From positions 1-64,000 of IMG/VR virus record IMGVR_UViG_3300025133_009608: DNA of 64,000 nucleotides. One strand, written 5' to 3'. Shown piece after piece: positions 45,861-55,958 of this stretch (the stretch's first letter is position 1; the number at the start of each line of letters is the position of its first letter). The notes beneath the pieces are model-generated. The model was not told the origin of the DNA, searched no databases, and was given only the letters and a program-made list of their open reading frames with translations. A program made the translations under genes and the position numbers.

Positions 45861-46727
45861 CTAAAGTCTTTTTATTAATTCTCTTAAAACTATATTTATA
45901 AAATATGGATCTCTTCCATTTAAAACATTCTTCACCAACCCGAGAGCTGCGCCGATCGCCGCACCCCCTGGCGTATTTTTATTTGAAATCTCGAGTGTAT
46001 TAAACTCCTCCAAGTGCTTTGACAGGCTCGAATATGAGCCCTGTCTCTTTGCAAAAGAGATCCTACTGATCATTATTTTCATTATCTTGTAGAGCTCTTC
46101 GGAGACATACACGGGGTCTGATTCTAATAATTGAGCACTTTTTTCTATCGGGCCAACTTCGAGCGCCTCATTTATTTTCCCAATCGCCCTTTGATATGCG
46201 ACCCTCTCTGCGGCCTTCTGGTCTCCGCTTGCGCGATACTCTATAACCATAGAGCGACTATAAGTTCTGACTGCCGCTAGAATAACCTGATTAGCCCCAA
46301 TTATATCTGACTTCGCGAGCCTCACTAGTGCATCTTTAAATAAATTTGAATAATCTAAATTACTCTGTTCTGAAACCTTTCTTATTACAAGCTCCGCAAA
46401 GTCAACTAATCTTGAGTCTTTTTTGAAAAAGCTATCGTCTAAATCATCTGCCATATCCGTCAGTATGCCAATTAGATCTTCATAATTCATCCTGCTTCTT
46501 CTGGTCGGCTTCATATCAAAGAGTGGAAACTCTAGCTCATCCGCCTTAAACGTCGGAGGCAGGGTACTCTCTCCCGGAGATACAAACCCTCTTCCGACAC
46601 CTACGCCTCCGTCGCCATCCATATCTCCTGACATCCCCTCTTCTGCTCGATGAGGCGTAATTAGGCATCCCTTTTCTTTTTTTACAACCTTGATTGCAGG
46701 AGAAGATCTGTAAGATATTTTTCTCAT
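45861..46727 (-). CDS. Head-module hypothetical protein
   Basis: Operon position; KISY and KSAQ motifs. Confidence 0.6.
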   Translation of the reverse strand: MRKISYRSSPAIKVVKKEKGCLITPHRAEEGMSGDMDGDGGVGVGRGFVSPGESTLPPTFKADELEFPLFDMKPTRRSRMNYEDLIGILTDMADDLDDSFFKKDSRLVDFAELVIRKVSEQSNLDYSNLFKDALVRLAKSDIIGANQVILAAVRTYSRSMVIEYRASGDQKAAERVAYQRAIGKINEALEVGPIEKSAQLLESDPVYVSEELYKIMKIMISRISFAKRQGSYSSLSKHLEEFNTLEISNKNTPGGAAIGAALGLVKNVLNGRDPYFINIVLRELIKRL

Positions 46728-48097
46728 TTCTTTCGCCCAAACCCTTTCGACATAACTCTATCTGCCAGGCTTCTTCCTTTCCACTTTTTTGGCCGAAAAG
46801 GCTTTCCACCTGCTCCTCTAATCTTGCCGCCGCCAGCGACAAGCTGTGCGGCAGTAAACGTTACGGCCTTCCCGTCACTTCCAATTGTCTCATATAACGG
46901 AGTGGTTGCAGACCCAGAAGATAGTTTTATTAATTTTTCATATAAAAGGTTTTTCGCCAAAACATTTCTCTGTCCGCCTTCTGTTCTTACCTTTAATAGG
47001 GCAGTCCCTCCGGCCGGCGGCATCGTATCCTTTAGCGACATAACATCAATCGCAATCCTAAGCAAAAGTGTTTCGTCCGGGGATATGCTGGTGGACGCAG
47101 TAAATAATCTCTCAATATTTGTGGAAGTAGACCTTAATACTGTCTCATTTATCGTAACCGTATTACTTCGAATGAATTCATAAAAAACATCTTGAGCCTC
47201 AAGGGCGTTTCCCGCAACAACATCAGAAACTCTAATTTCAATAACCACAGCCAGCGGGTCCCCCGCGGAAAGAGCATCAGTATCAATATCCACTCCTCCG
47301 GACATTAATAATGCCGCATATGAACTCACCGGATCGGGGTAAATTTTAATAATTACAGCCCCAGCGAGTGCGGACGTGTCTCCGGCGACTGGCGCGGAAG
47401 CATCATTACCTATCTGGCGTGGTTTTTCAATCTCGCCGGGGGAGATCGAAGATGGGGCTGAGCTCCCCATTTTCGCCATTGCCTCTCCGAGCGTTGCCCA
47501 TCCGATTATTGCAGAATACAACTCTCGGCTCATACCGTCGCCTGAAACGCCAGTAACAGTGGACCATTTTTGATTAAATATAGGAATGACTCTACTCTTG
47601 AAAAAGGCGATCCTATCGCTACTCGCATAATATTCATCTTCAAGAATTTTTGTTTCATTATCTCCCGGCTCAAGCTCTTCTATGCTTCCAAACCCAGGAA
47701 GAAGACGGTTTAGAATTTTAGTTTTTTCATCTGCATTTTTTATTTTACTTATCTCCGAAACAACCCGTGTAAATGGCAGAAGCTTGGACTTAACCTTTGA
47801 AATTGACGCGTTAAGCCTTCCGAATGATAGCCGAAAAGCACCCTCTATATTGTCCTGCTTATCTATCCCGTGCGCTAACATATCAAAAAGGCCTCGGAAT
47901 CTAAACCCAATCCCAGAAGAAAACTCAGAATTTCCATCTGAAATTCCATCCGCAATGCTCCTTGACGCAATTGCAAGCCGCTCGTCCAGAGCGCTGATGG
48001 CACTCTCGCTAAACTCCGCCTCTACATCCGAAGTCTCTACATCCGAAGTGGGCGTTGGCGGGTCTGTTTGCGCCTCTTTTTTTATGTAACTCAACAT
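46724..48097 (-). CDS. Head-module hypothetical protein
   Basis: Begins MLSYIKKEAQ; operon position. Confidence 0.6.
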   Translation of the reverse strand: MLSYIKKEAQTDPPTPTSDVETSDVEAEFSESAISALDERLAIASRSIADGISDGNSEFSSGIGFRFRGLFDMLAHGIDKQDNIEGAFRLSFGRLNASISKVKSKLLPFTRVVSEISKIKNADEKTKILNRLLPGFGSIEELEPGDNETKILEDEYYASSDRIAFFKSRVIPIFNQKWSTVTGVSGDGMSRELYSAIIGWATLGEAMAKMGSSAPSSISPGEIEKPRQIGNDASAPVAGDTSALAGAVIIKIYPDPVSSYAALLMSGGVDIDTDALSAGDPLAVVIEIRVSDVVAGNALEAQDVFYEFIRSNTVTINETVLRSTSTNIERLFTASTSISPDETLLLRIAIDVMSLKDTMPPAGGTALLKVRTEGGQRNVLAKNLLYEKLIKLSSGSATTPLYETIGSDGKAVTFTAAQLVAGGGKIRGAGGKPFRPKKWKGRSLADRVMSKGFGRKK

Positions 48098-48121
48098 GGT
48101 TTCTCCTCGATGTAACTCGCA

Positions 48122-48130
48122 TTATTAGTA
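48122..48130 (-). promoter_or_regulatory. Candidate late promoter TACTAATAA
   Basis: Perfect motif 25 nt upstream of the 48097 start. Confidence 0.5.
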
Positions 48131-48138
48131 TGTCAGGC

Positions 48139-49836
48139 CTACATCTCAGGAAGGCCACCGCCCATGTCTGGTGGGCCGCCCATATCTGGCACTGGGCCGC
48201 CGCCAGGAGGCACCCCGGGAAGATCACCGCCGGCGCCGCCGGCGGACTCCATGTCAGTCGGCTCTGGGATGCTTTTTTCTGGATCAATATTTAACAACTC
48301 AGAAAGCCTCATTCCGCCAAGAATCTGCTGCTCCTTTGTAAACACCGCCTCGTCTATTACTTCTTCTCTTAATCTTTTTCTCTCTTCCTCATACGAGAGG
48401 CCGAGGCTTCTATGTAGCGTTTGCAGCGAAACCTGCTTGTTTCCAACGAATTGTCCAATTTGTTGTATATAATCAGCCATATCATATAAATTCATATGAT
48501 TAAAATCAATTGACGGAACTTGAAGCTTCTTTTCTCCATCTTCATATTCAAAAAAATCTTGAATTTCACAGATTGGAGCAAAAACCTTTCTCTCCAGCCA
48601 TTTCTTCATCATGTTTCTAAATATATCATATCTCTGACGCAAAACCTCCAATCCAACGGATGAGCTTGCATACGATGCAGATTCCTGATCTATCAAAGCC
48701 TTCGGCGTCATAAGTCCTGCATATAGATTATTTGTAATAAGCTCTATATCTCCGGCAATATCAAGAGTTTGCCCTGAAAACCCCACGCGCTCAATGGTTA
48801 CGCCGCCGTGGGTTACAATTTTAAAATCCTTATCGTACTGGGCTTCTTCTAGGACATTTTTGAACGCCTCTATGTCCGCCTGCGTGGGCCTGTACTCTCC
48901 CTCCCCTCCGAGCTTTACAAGTGTTAGTGGATTCACCATGCCGTCAGCCTGAGCGAACTTACACTCCCTTAGTTTGTCGTAATGCATAAGGTCTTTATAT
49001 ACAGACACTATTATGGACGTACCGCGCACATCATACGGAGAGCTAAGCAGCTTTAGGTGAGATACATTGAAATCATCTAATGGAATATTCTGCCCACGGC
49101 GGACATGTTGCATGATATGCTTTGGAATGTACTTTCTCATGGCAACATCTGACGGGGCAGTTGAGTTTACAATCCTCTGCAGTGTTGCATCCGGACGGAG
49201 AGAGATCATAGTCTGATCCCCAATCACGGATTTCTTCACGTGAATATAATCGGGATTAAGAATCGAAATCCTATTCCAAGTGCCCGTGCCATCATCTAGC
49301 TCGGCATACGGGAATACCTCTCCGTTCTTCCAGAATTCTAGTGCCGCACCATAAACTACGGAATATAAATCAATCTTTTCTGCCATTTCCATGAAGAATT
49401 GCTGAACTCGCTTATTCTTGCATGTGATATTTATCTTGCTAATTGGATACGATGCATGAAGATTTATTGCGTTTCTAACGATTGGATGAGTGTCATAAAA
49501 CACTCGATTCCAAGCGTTCATAGTTACCCGATCGCGGGGCAAGTTTAGGTTCGCAAGCTGAAACAATGGAGAATAAATCTCAGGAGCCATCCTGTCGGAA
49601 GAGCTTGTTGTGCCTGGACCTGCCATTGGAGATGCAATAGAGCCGGTTTTCAAAATATCCAAGCTCTTCTTTTTAAAAGAAGGACTATTCACAACTGCGC
49701 TAAACGATGCGCTAGTCTCACGCTCATTCGCCTCAACGTTATCTATTGCACTAGATATTTGAGCACGACGTACTCCAGAAACGGACTCTGCAGCTGTCTT
49801 TGAAATTGGACCCGGGGGCCTAGATGTTCTTCTCAT
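48139..49836 (-). CDS. Portal protein
   Basis: Directly after TerL. HPIVRNAINLHASYP...EFWKNGEVFPY...ILNPDYI...RGTSII...VLRQRY...WLERKVFAPI is a portal pattern. Confidence 0.85.
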   Translation of the reverse strand: MRRTSRPPGPISKTAAESVSGVRRAQISSAIDNVEANERETSASFSAVVNSPSFKKKSLDILKTGSIASPMAGPGTTSSSDRMAPEIYSPLFQLANLNLPRDRVTMNAWNRVFYDTHPIVRNAINLHASYPISKINITCKNKRVQQFFMEMAEKIDLYSVVYGAALEFWKNGEVFPYAELDDGTGTWNRISILNPDYIHVKKSVIGDQTMISLRPDATLQRIVNSTAPSDVAMRKYIPKHIMQHVRRGQNIPLDDFNVSHLKLLSSPYDVRGTSIIVSVYKDLMHYDKLRECKFAQADGMVNPLTLVKLGGEGEYRPTQADIEAFKNVLEEAQYDKDFKIVTHGGVTIERVGFSGQTLDIAGDIELITNNLYAGLMTPKALIDQESASYASSSVGLEVLRQRYDIFRNMMKKWLERKVFAPICEIQDFFEYEDGEKKLQVPSIDFNHMNLYDMADYIQQIGQFVGNKQVSLQTLHRSLGLSYEEERKRLREEVIDEAVFTKEQQILGGMRLSELLNIDPEKSIPEPTDMESAGGAGGDLPGVPPGGGPVPDMGGPPDMGGGLPEM

Positions 49837-49845
49837 TTTTGCTTC

Positions 49846-51627
49846 CTAAAATCTTTTAGTAACCCTTGCCAGGGTTGGCATGGGCATCGAAATTTGTTTT
49901 TCCGTTCCAGGCTTAACAGAAAAGCCTTTTGTCGTATCAAATTTATACGCAATGTATGCGTAAATAAGCGCCATCAATCCGTCATTTGGGGTAGTTCCTT
50001 TTTTAAATGTCTTTATCGGCTGGCCGCCGGTCGTCCTAATCCCAGACTCCATAGACGTACAGTGGTCTATTAGCCACTCTAGATATTCATAGCTCTTCCA
50101 TGGAAATCTAATCTTCCCCTTTCGAAACAGGTCAAACACTTCCTCGATTAATAAGTCTTTATTATAAGATATAATTAGCTCATCCGGCCTATATTTTATT
50201 GGTTTTATTAGACTTCCGCTTCCCTGCGCTCCTATAAATTTATCTCCGTACTTCATCTGCAGATCCCCAACAACATCTTGGCCAAAAAACCAATCCGATA
50301 CTCCACGTTGAACTCCAAATCTGCGATACATTTCATTTATAGTTTCTTTTTTATAATTAAAGTCTGTTCTTTTTAATTTATGAGCATGCTCAACCAGCAA
50401 GGTTCCATCTGGCTGTGCCGACAGCACTACCACGCACGAGTACGACTGGCCGCCCAGAGAGTCCTTGGAGTCGGCCTTGCCGCCCCAGTCTACACCCAAA
50501 TAAGTTGACTTTGCCCTTCCGTCAATCTTCTTTGAAAAATACCTATCCGGGTCGCGGCACTTCTCATAAATTTCCGCCTTTGTTAATGGCATTCCGGCAC
50601 CGGAATAAAACTCTCCAATTACTTCATTATTCCAAATCCTTTCTGTTTGAGTTGGGTTATTTTCAGGCATTAAATTTTCAATATTCTCTTTTGTAAAATA
50701 AGGAATATAAAGCTGATTAATATGAAATCCGACAAACTTGCTTTCAGACTCCGGCTTCGACGCCACCCACTTGCCGCGATCTAACGCTTCAATTTTCTTC
50801 TGCTCGGTTCCGCATAGCGGGCACTTTATCGTATAACCATGCAGCCAAATTTTCTTCCATCTATCATCATTCGGAAGATAAAATGGGTATGTTTCATTAC
50901 AATTTTTACACCCAAGGTGGTAATACCTCTGATCTGAAATGTCCCACATCGCTGCAAAGTGAGAATTTCGAGACTTTGGGGTTCCAAAGTAAACCTGAAC
51001 ACCTTGAGCGGTTTGTCCATATTTAGCAGCAGTTAAAATCTTTGTCGCATTGCTTACGGCGTGGCCGACGGCATCCTGAACCTCATCGATAAACATTACG
51101 TCGGCCGTCATACCACGAATCCTATCGCCATCGGCGCCGAGAGAGTCGACCCACAGGGTTCCGGTATTAAACTGCTTCATTGTCAAGTTATCAACAGCAT
51201 TGGTACTATCTAACTTATTTTGATTTATAAAATCATCTTTTGCCGTTCGAATTAGAGTCTCCAGCTTATCTTGAGTAAACTTCTTTACCTGAGCCAGGGC
51301 CGGGAACAAGTGTACGACCCTAATTGGCGGTGTCGTAAATAGTCCGCTATTTGTAAAGTAAAGATCAAGAGCTCCAGCCATCATTGTAGCGCCAACCTGC
51401 CGGCCCTTCTTTATAACTACTGGCTTGCCCGTCTTCTGCGTGGCCTGAAGCGCAATATATCTATATATATCGCTCATAAATCTCCAGCCGTTGTCGGAGA
51501 TTGAAAACTCCATTCCGTCCAGAGTTAGCTTATCTTTAACGAAGCATGTCGGATCAAGATCTAAAAAGCTAGATCTTAACTGCTGAAATATCTCTTCTTC
51601 TTTCTTTTTTCTCTTTTCTTGGGACAT
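49846..51627 (-). CDS. terL: Terminase large subunit
   Basis: IKKGRQVGAT (Walker A), FIDEVQD (Walker B), GTPK coupling motif, CKNC/CPLC zinc ribbon, GVDWG nuclease motif. Confidence 0.92.
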   Translation of the reverse strand: MSQEKRKKKEEEIFQQLRSSFLDLDPTCFVKDKLTLDGMEFSISDNGWRFMSDIYRYIALQATQKTGKPVVIKKGRQVGATMMAGALDLYFTNSGLFTTPPIRVVHLFPALAQVKKFTQDKLETLIRTAKDDFINQNKLDSTNAVDNLTMKQFNTGTLWVDSLGADGDRIRGMTADVMFIDEVQDAVGHAVSNATKILTAAKYGQTAQGVQVYFGTPKSRNSHFAAMWDISDQRYYHLGCKNCNETYPFYLPNDDRWKKIWLHGYTIKCPLCGTEQKKIEALDRGKWVASKPESESKFVGFHINQLYIPYFTKENIENLMPENNPTQTERIWNNEVIGEFYSGAGMPLTKAEIYEKCRDPDRYFSKKIDGRAKSTYLGVDWGGKADSKDSLGGQSYSCVVVLSAQPDGTLLVEHAHKLKRTDFNYKKETINEMYRRFGVQRGVSDWFFGQDVVGDLQMKYGDKFIGAQGSGSLIKPIKYRPDELIISYNKDLLIEEVFDLFRKGKIRFPWKSYEYLEWLIDHCTSMESGIRTTGGQPIKTFKKGTTPNDGLMALIYAYIAYKFDTTKGFSVKPGTEKQISMPMPTLARVTKRF

Positions 51628-51648
51628 GCATTATTCTAAAATCTAAAT

Positions 51649-52266
51649 TTAACGAGCGCCGTCGTGGCTCATGAATTCGGGAACAGTATCAGTTGGAGAT
51701 TCATTTAAATCCAAACCACTTGTTGGAGTATACATTACTGACTCTGGAGCTCCAGAGTGCTTTGCAACCTCCTTCTCGATGAATCCGAGAATTTTATCTG
51801 GATCTATCTTTGATTCTACTATATTCCACTCTAATCCTGGGGCTAATCTGCAATTTCTTAAGATTGCGGCAGGAGAAAGCTCCTGCCTGTCCTTGGCAAT
51901 CGCTCGAATGTAATCGAGAATCTGGTCTATCAGCCTTAGGGTTTCTTCATCTCCGGCTCTGGGATTCGACGAATCACAGGATTTGCACTTGCCGCCACCG
52001 GCGGATTCATTACAACAGGTCGCCCCACATGCCGCCTCTTTTATATTATTTGAATCTTTATCAACTCCTTTAATCAGGTCATATCCAACTCGAGTTCGAA
52101 TATCTGCCATCTTCTCTTCAATTGTTTTCGGCTCGTTTCTCTGCTTAAACACAGATTTGAGACTAGAAAGAAAATCGGCATTCTTCTCGAAGGAGCCTGC
52201 AAAATCATTCAACCAATCGACTGTGGTTGAATATTCTTCTGTAATGTTTTGTCTTTTTATTTTCAT
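51649..52266 (-). CDS. Head-module hypothetical protein
   Basis: Operon position; EKNAD and KEAA motifs. Confidence 0.6.
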   Translation of the reverse strand: MKIKRQNITEEYSTTVDWLNDFAGSFEKNADFLSSLKSVFKQRNEPKTIEEKMADIRTRVGYDLIKGVDKDSNNIKEAACGATCCNESAGGGKCKSCDSSNPRAGDEETLRLIDQILDYIRAIAKDRQELSPAAILRNCRLAPGLEWNIVESKIDPDKILGFIEKEVAKHSGAPESVMYTPTSGLDLNESPTDTVPEFMSHDGAR

Positions 52267-52389
52267 AATATCTTATCCATCTCGCTATTAACGTTGTTAA
52301 TTTGTATCACTTTCAAACTGTTCCTTATAGCGCCTTTGGCCGCATTATTATCGGACTCATCCGTAACTTATATGATAATTATTACTAGA

Positions 52390-52588
52390 TTATCTTACGG
52401 TACTTTCCATCAAGTCCCTGACGGAGTCGACATTAAACCCCTTCTTTGTCCTTGAGATTAGCTCATATATTATACCAGAAAGTATATGCTCTTTTGTAAA
52501 ACACTGAGTTAAGCCGTCCGCTATGATCGGCTCATCGGTCGTGAGCGTTGCTCGCTTATTATCTATATGCGATGTGATCTAATCTCAT
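52390..52588 (-). pseudogene. Probable internally deleted VOC/glyoxalase-like gene remnant
   Basis: RBS GGAG, then ATG gives MRLDHIAYR* (a VOC-like start). Another frame gives ...TTDEPIIADGLTQCFTKEHILSGIIYELISRTKKGFNVDSVRDLMESTVR*, resembling a VOC/HPPD-like C-terminus. Confidence 0.4.
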
Positions 52589-52663
52589 TATATGCTCCAA
52601 ACACCAAGGTCCGCCGAGGCTGTACTTGTCGAGCCTGATTGCTTTTCCCGAATCTATTACTCT

Positions 52664-52906
52664 CTATTTTATTTCATCAACAGACTTGTCCATCTCGTCG
52701 TCGAAATCCACTCTTAACCTTATCATCGGGTTAAACTTTGCCTTACGCCGATCGAGAAGGAGGGCCCCCTGAGGCCTAACGAGCTCTCCCTGTATATCGA
52801 TTGCTTCAAAGTCAATTTCAGTTTTATCTTTATATATCACCTTTGGCTCGGGCACCGGATCGTCGGCTAATGCAGGAAGAGATAGCGCTAAGAGCAAATA
52901 AATCAC
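52664..52906 (-). CDS. Secreted CglF/GltF-like (adventurous gliding motility) small protein
   Basis: Signal peptide plus KTEIDFEAIDIQGELVRPQG.LLLDRRK..F.PMIRLR.DF..EM.KSVD, matching the remembered CglF consensus. Confidence 0.65.
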   Translation of the reverse strand: MIYLLLALSLPALADDPVPEPKVIYKDKTEIDFEAIDIQGELVRPQGALLLDRRKAKFNPMIRLRVDFDDEMDKSVDEIK

Positions 52907-53389
52907 TTATTCCCCTTTCGTAAGATCTGGAACTATACGAATATACGTAGCCCTGTGATTCAGCGCTCCGCCGGGAGGCGGAGCGGTATCATGTAATACG
53001 CTTAGCGGCAGTGAGTTTAGCTCGTGAATTTTCCATCCAGTCGGCAAGCTATCAGTCACGATCCTTCTCGTAAATGAATCCTTATCCTCCCCTCCCAAGG
53101 CCGAGATTCCCTCTGCGTGATATCCAAATATAATCACTGGCGCACGACCAACATTGGACTTTCTATATCCCAACCTGGCCCTATAGTGACGAGCCTGCTC
53201 GTCGCTCGTATGCGGGGCGGATAAATTAATTTTGCTAGATACCGATCCTATCGCGGCGAGTACTTCGCTTCTTCTTTGCTCGAGAAGGTTTGGATTCATA
53301 GATGCTATAACCGCATCCAAAGCATCAGCCTCTTTTACAAAGCCCCTGCCATCTAACGAGTTTGCAATTTTAATCAGATCCCTAATCAC
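52907..53389 (-). CDS. Head-module protein with LIKIANSLDxxG leader
   Basis: MIRDLIKIANSLDGRGFVKEADALD. Confidence 0.55.
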   Translation of the reverse strand: MIRDLIKIANSLDGRGFVKEADALDAVIASMNPNLLEQRRSEVLAAIGSVSSKINLSAPHTSDEQARHYRARLGYRKSNVGRAPVIIFGYHAEGISALGGEDKDSFTRRIVTDSLPTGWKIHELNSLPLSVLHDTAPPPGGALNHRATYIRIVPDLTKGE

Positions 53390-53681
53390 CCGCTTCTCCG
53401 CGAAACAATGGGGATGTTGATGTGAACCCCTGAATTCCCCTAAGAGATGGATTCAAATCCGCCCCAGACTCTATCGCTGCTACGGCCCTGGCCACATATT
53501 CTAAGAGAGTGTGAACTGACTTTATTTGCCCAGAAGTAGGTCGACCCTCTTCTAGCGCCTGCGCCGCAAGCAGGCCAACTGACCGAGCTAGAGCTACAGC
53601 GTCTGAGCTTACAGTGGCATTTTTTATTAAATTATAATTTCTTTTTGATGCTATCTTTTTCATTTTAAAATCCTTATGCAA
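53382..53681 (-). CDS. Head-module small protein
   Basis: MKKIAS and LIKNAT motifs. Confidence 0.5.
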   Translation of the reverse strand: MHKDFKMKKIASKRNYNLIKNATVSSDAVALARSVGLLAAQALEEGRPTSGQIKSVHTLLEYVARAVAAIESGADLNPSLRGIQGFTSTSPLFRGEAGD

Positions 53682-54690
53682 AGTAATTCTTTATAAAGTC
53701 AACGCCGCGATTATTGGTATCTTTTTCTTTTGAATCACCAGGCCCGTATGTTCCTCGATCTTTAAATATATGATATCCGCTGTCTGCAACAACTTGCATG
53801 ATCGACAGCTCTTCGCGAGGTGTGATGTCATATTTCTTATTAAGAAATCCATAAACCTCTTCCATATCATTCCCTGCTGAAACATGAGCATTTATCATAA
53901 TTCCAGAAATTGCACGCTCAAAAGCGGTCACTGCAATCACCATATTGTTTGGAGTAGATGCCTCTTTTGTTAGCTCGGAGTATTCAACTTCGGCACCGGA
54001 ACGGGAAATCCACGCTGGTACAACATTTTCCTCTGCATCTTTTGAAATAACGATATCTTCGGTTGCATTTTTCTTATGAGAGTCTTTAAATTTCTTTTTT
54101 AACTTTCCTAGGTGATTTTTTAAAACCATTATATCTTTCATTACATTAAGCCTAACATCTTCGAGAACCGACAGGTCAATGGAGTTATCCGAGTCATCCC
54201 TTACTGCTCTCGACATCTCCGAATTCAGCTTGTCCAAGAAGCTTACTGCTCTTTCGCAACCACTTATGGATTCGCCATCATGCTGCGGGATGTTTGCAGG
54301 ATATATCTGATAAACATAATCCATAAACTTTGACAAATCTCCGTCATTTGCATAATCAGTTTCTACTTCCTCTTCAGAATCTGCGTCTGACTTGGACACA
54401 AAGCTTCCAGGAAGAAGCTCCTCTCCGTGGTCTTCATCCATACCCTCCAGATCCTCTTCTATGTATTCTAGAGTTTCCTGCATATCATCGATTCCACCTT
54501 CACCCTCGATAAACTCTTCGACGTACTCGTGAACGCTTACATCTGACTCTGGTGACTCAAGCTCTTCCTCGAAGAAAACACCTTCATCGTCAACAAATGA
54601 TTCAATATATGAGTCGCTGGAGTTATCCATGAAGCTGGGTGAAGCCTTTCGGCTGATTTTTTTATTAGACATTATAATTCTCCTATCCAA
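53674..54690 (-). CDS. Acidic head-module protein
   Basis: Highly acidic N-terminal half; SRKAS, KKNAT, TKEAS. Confidence 0.6.
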   Translation of the reverse strand: MDRRIIMSNKKISRKASPSFMDNSSDSYIESFVDDEGVFFEEELESPESDVSVHEYVEEFIEGEGGIDDMQETLEYIEEDLEGMDEDHGEELLPGSFVSKSDADSEEEVETDYANDGDLSKFMDYVYQIYPANIPQHDGESISGCERAVSFLDKLNSEMSRAVRDDSDNSIDLSVLEDVRLNVMKDIMVLKNHLGKLKKKFKDSHKKNATEDIVISKDAEENVVPAWISRSGAEVEYSELTKEASTPNNMVIAVTAFERAISGIMINAHVSAGNDMEEVYGFLNKKYDITPREELSIMQVVADSGYHIFKDRGTYGPGDSKEKDTNNRGVDFIKNYFA

Positions 54691-55093
54691 TTAGACTGTA
54701 TAGTCCATAGTATACGTTTCTACTCTCATTATTATCAGAATAATATTCCATTGGGTACCCATATCCGGCCTCTGGTTGATTCCCAACAAATGTGTGAGGA
54801 TATAGTGGGCTGCCCTGAAGCCCAACATTCCCTGCCGGACGGCTTCCTTTTGCTCTATCAAACTTACAATCTACGGTGCCGGAATCAGGAAGTATCATAT
54901 CTGCAAATGGGCATCTCTCTTCGGACCCGCAGGATATAAGCACGTCAAGATTGTCACTCATTGCACTATCTCTTTCTTCTTTTGACATTTCGTCATCCAA
55001 AACTATTAACATCGAAGCGGCAGAACCAATAGATTCACACCCAGAGCAAACTGGAAGTCCGAATGGACACAATTTTGTCTTACCCCTAATCAT
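54683..55093 (-). CDS. Cys-rich hypothetical protein
   Basis: CPFGLPVCSGC, CPFAD, CKF. Confidence 0.6.
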   Translation of the reverse strand: MIRGKTKLCPFGLPVCSGCESIGSAASMLIVLDDEMSKEERDSAMSDNLDVLISCGSEERCPFADMILPDSGTVDCKFDRAKGSRPAGNVGLQGSPLYPHTFVGNQPEAGYGYPMEYYSDNNESRNVYYGLYSLIG

Positions 55094-55165
55094 TATTTAG
55101 CACATTCTCCGTAACTATTTGTTGAATTAATAGTAGATTGATTTTCAAAGATTCAGCCGCCGTGG

Positions 55166-55948
55166 TTATGCGAGTCCGGATACCCGATCAATCTCTTTAA
55201 AATATTTATCCAGCATTCTTCCTTTTATCAAGTACTCCTTAAACGCTCCCGTGAGAGGAACAGTGGATGTTAGCCCTAGTTTGTCCAAAATATATAATGT
55301 TTTTTCAGAGTCTATATTCATAGACTCTCCTATTGCCGATGTTATATAAGACTGCTTTATTCCAATCATCTTCGGGCGGCCGAACAGGGCGAGGTTATCT
55401 AATACGAAAGATATTATTTTTTCATCGATCTCAAATCCATATCTCACCGCCAAATTTACTGCGCGATAAACTCTTCTTGGGTCATCCATAAGGGTTACCT
55501 CTGGTGGCATTACCGTCCTTACTACTTTGTTTTCAATATCTTTTTTGCCCATTTCGGTTGGGTCCTCGATATCATCACTATCGAGCGGCTTATGAAGCGT
55601 ATTCATTGTAAAATCTCTGCTATAAACCTCAAGCAAATCTTCACCCCTTGAAAACTCAGCGGCATCTTTGGAAATAAAATTTGATGAAAAATCTAATATA
55701 TATTTATCCATATATATTGACGAATGCCCGTCGGAAAACACTTTGAATCCAACGCCAAGGGAGTCAGCCATTAGCACTGCTAGCCTAATTATGTCTGGAC
55801 TATTCGTAGTTAAGTCGACATCTTTTGTTATAATCGGATCTACGCCGAGATAAATATCTCTTGGGATGCCTCCAACTATCTTTGGCGTACTTATCATATA
55901 TCTTTTCGATATATCCAAAATTTCCGCCAGGGCGTTATCTAGAAGCAT
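55166..55948 (-). CDS. CCA-adding enzyme / poly(A) polymerase family nucleotidyltransferase (head and neck domains only)
   Basis: VGGIPRD, DVD, SRDFTMN, DDPRRVYRAV. Confidence 0.9.
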   Translation of the reverse strand: MLLDNALAEILDISKRYMISTPKIVGGIPRDIYLGVDPIITKDVDLTTNSPDIIRLAVLMADSLGVGFKVFSDGHSSIYMDKYILDFSSNFISKDAAEFSRGEDLLEVYSRDFTMNTLHKPLDSDDIEDPTEMGKKDIENKVVRTVMPPEVTLMDDPRRVYRAVNLAVRYGFEIDEKIISFVLDNLALFGRPKMIGIKQSYITSAIGESMNIDSEKTLYILDKLGLTSTVPLTGAFKEYLIKGRMLDKYFKEIDRVSGLA

Positions 55949-55958
55949 GGCCTAAATC

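Noticed and set aside
49846-51627. Intein or intron in TerL, primase or SerRS
   Set aside because: Lengths are normal or short, with no intein terminal motifs or frame breaks.
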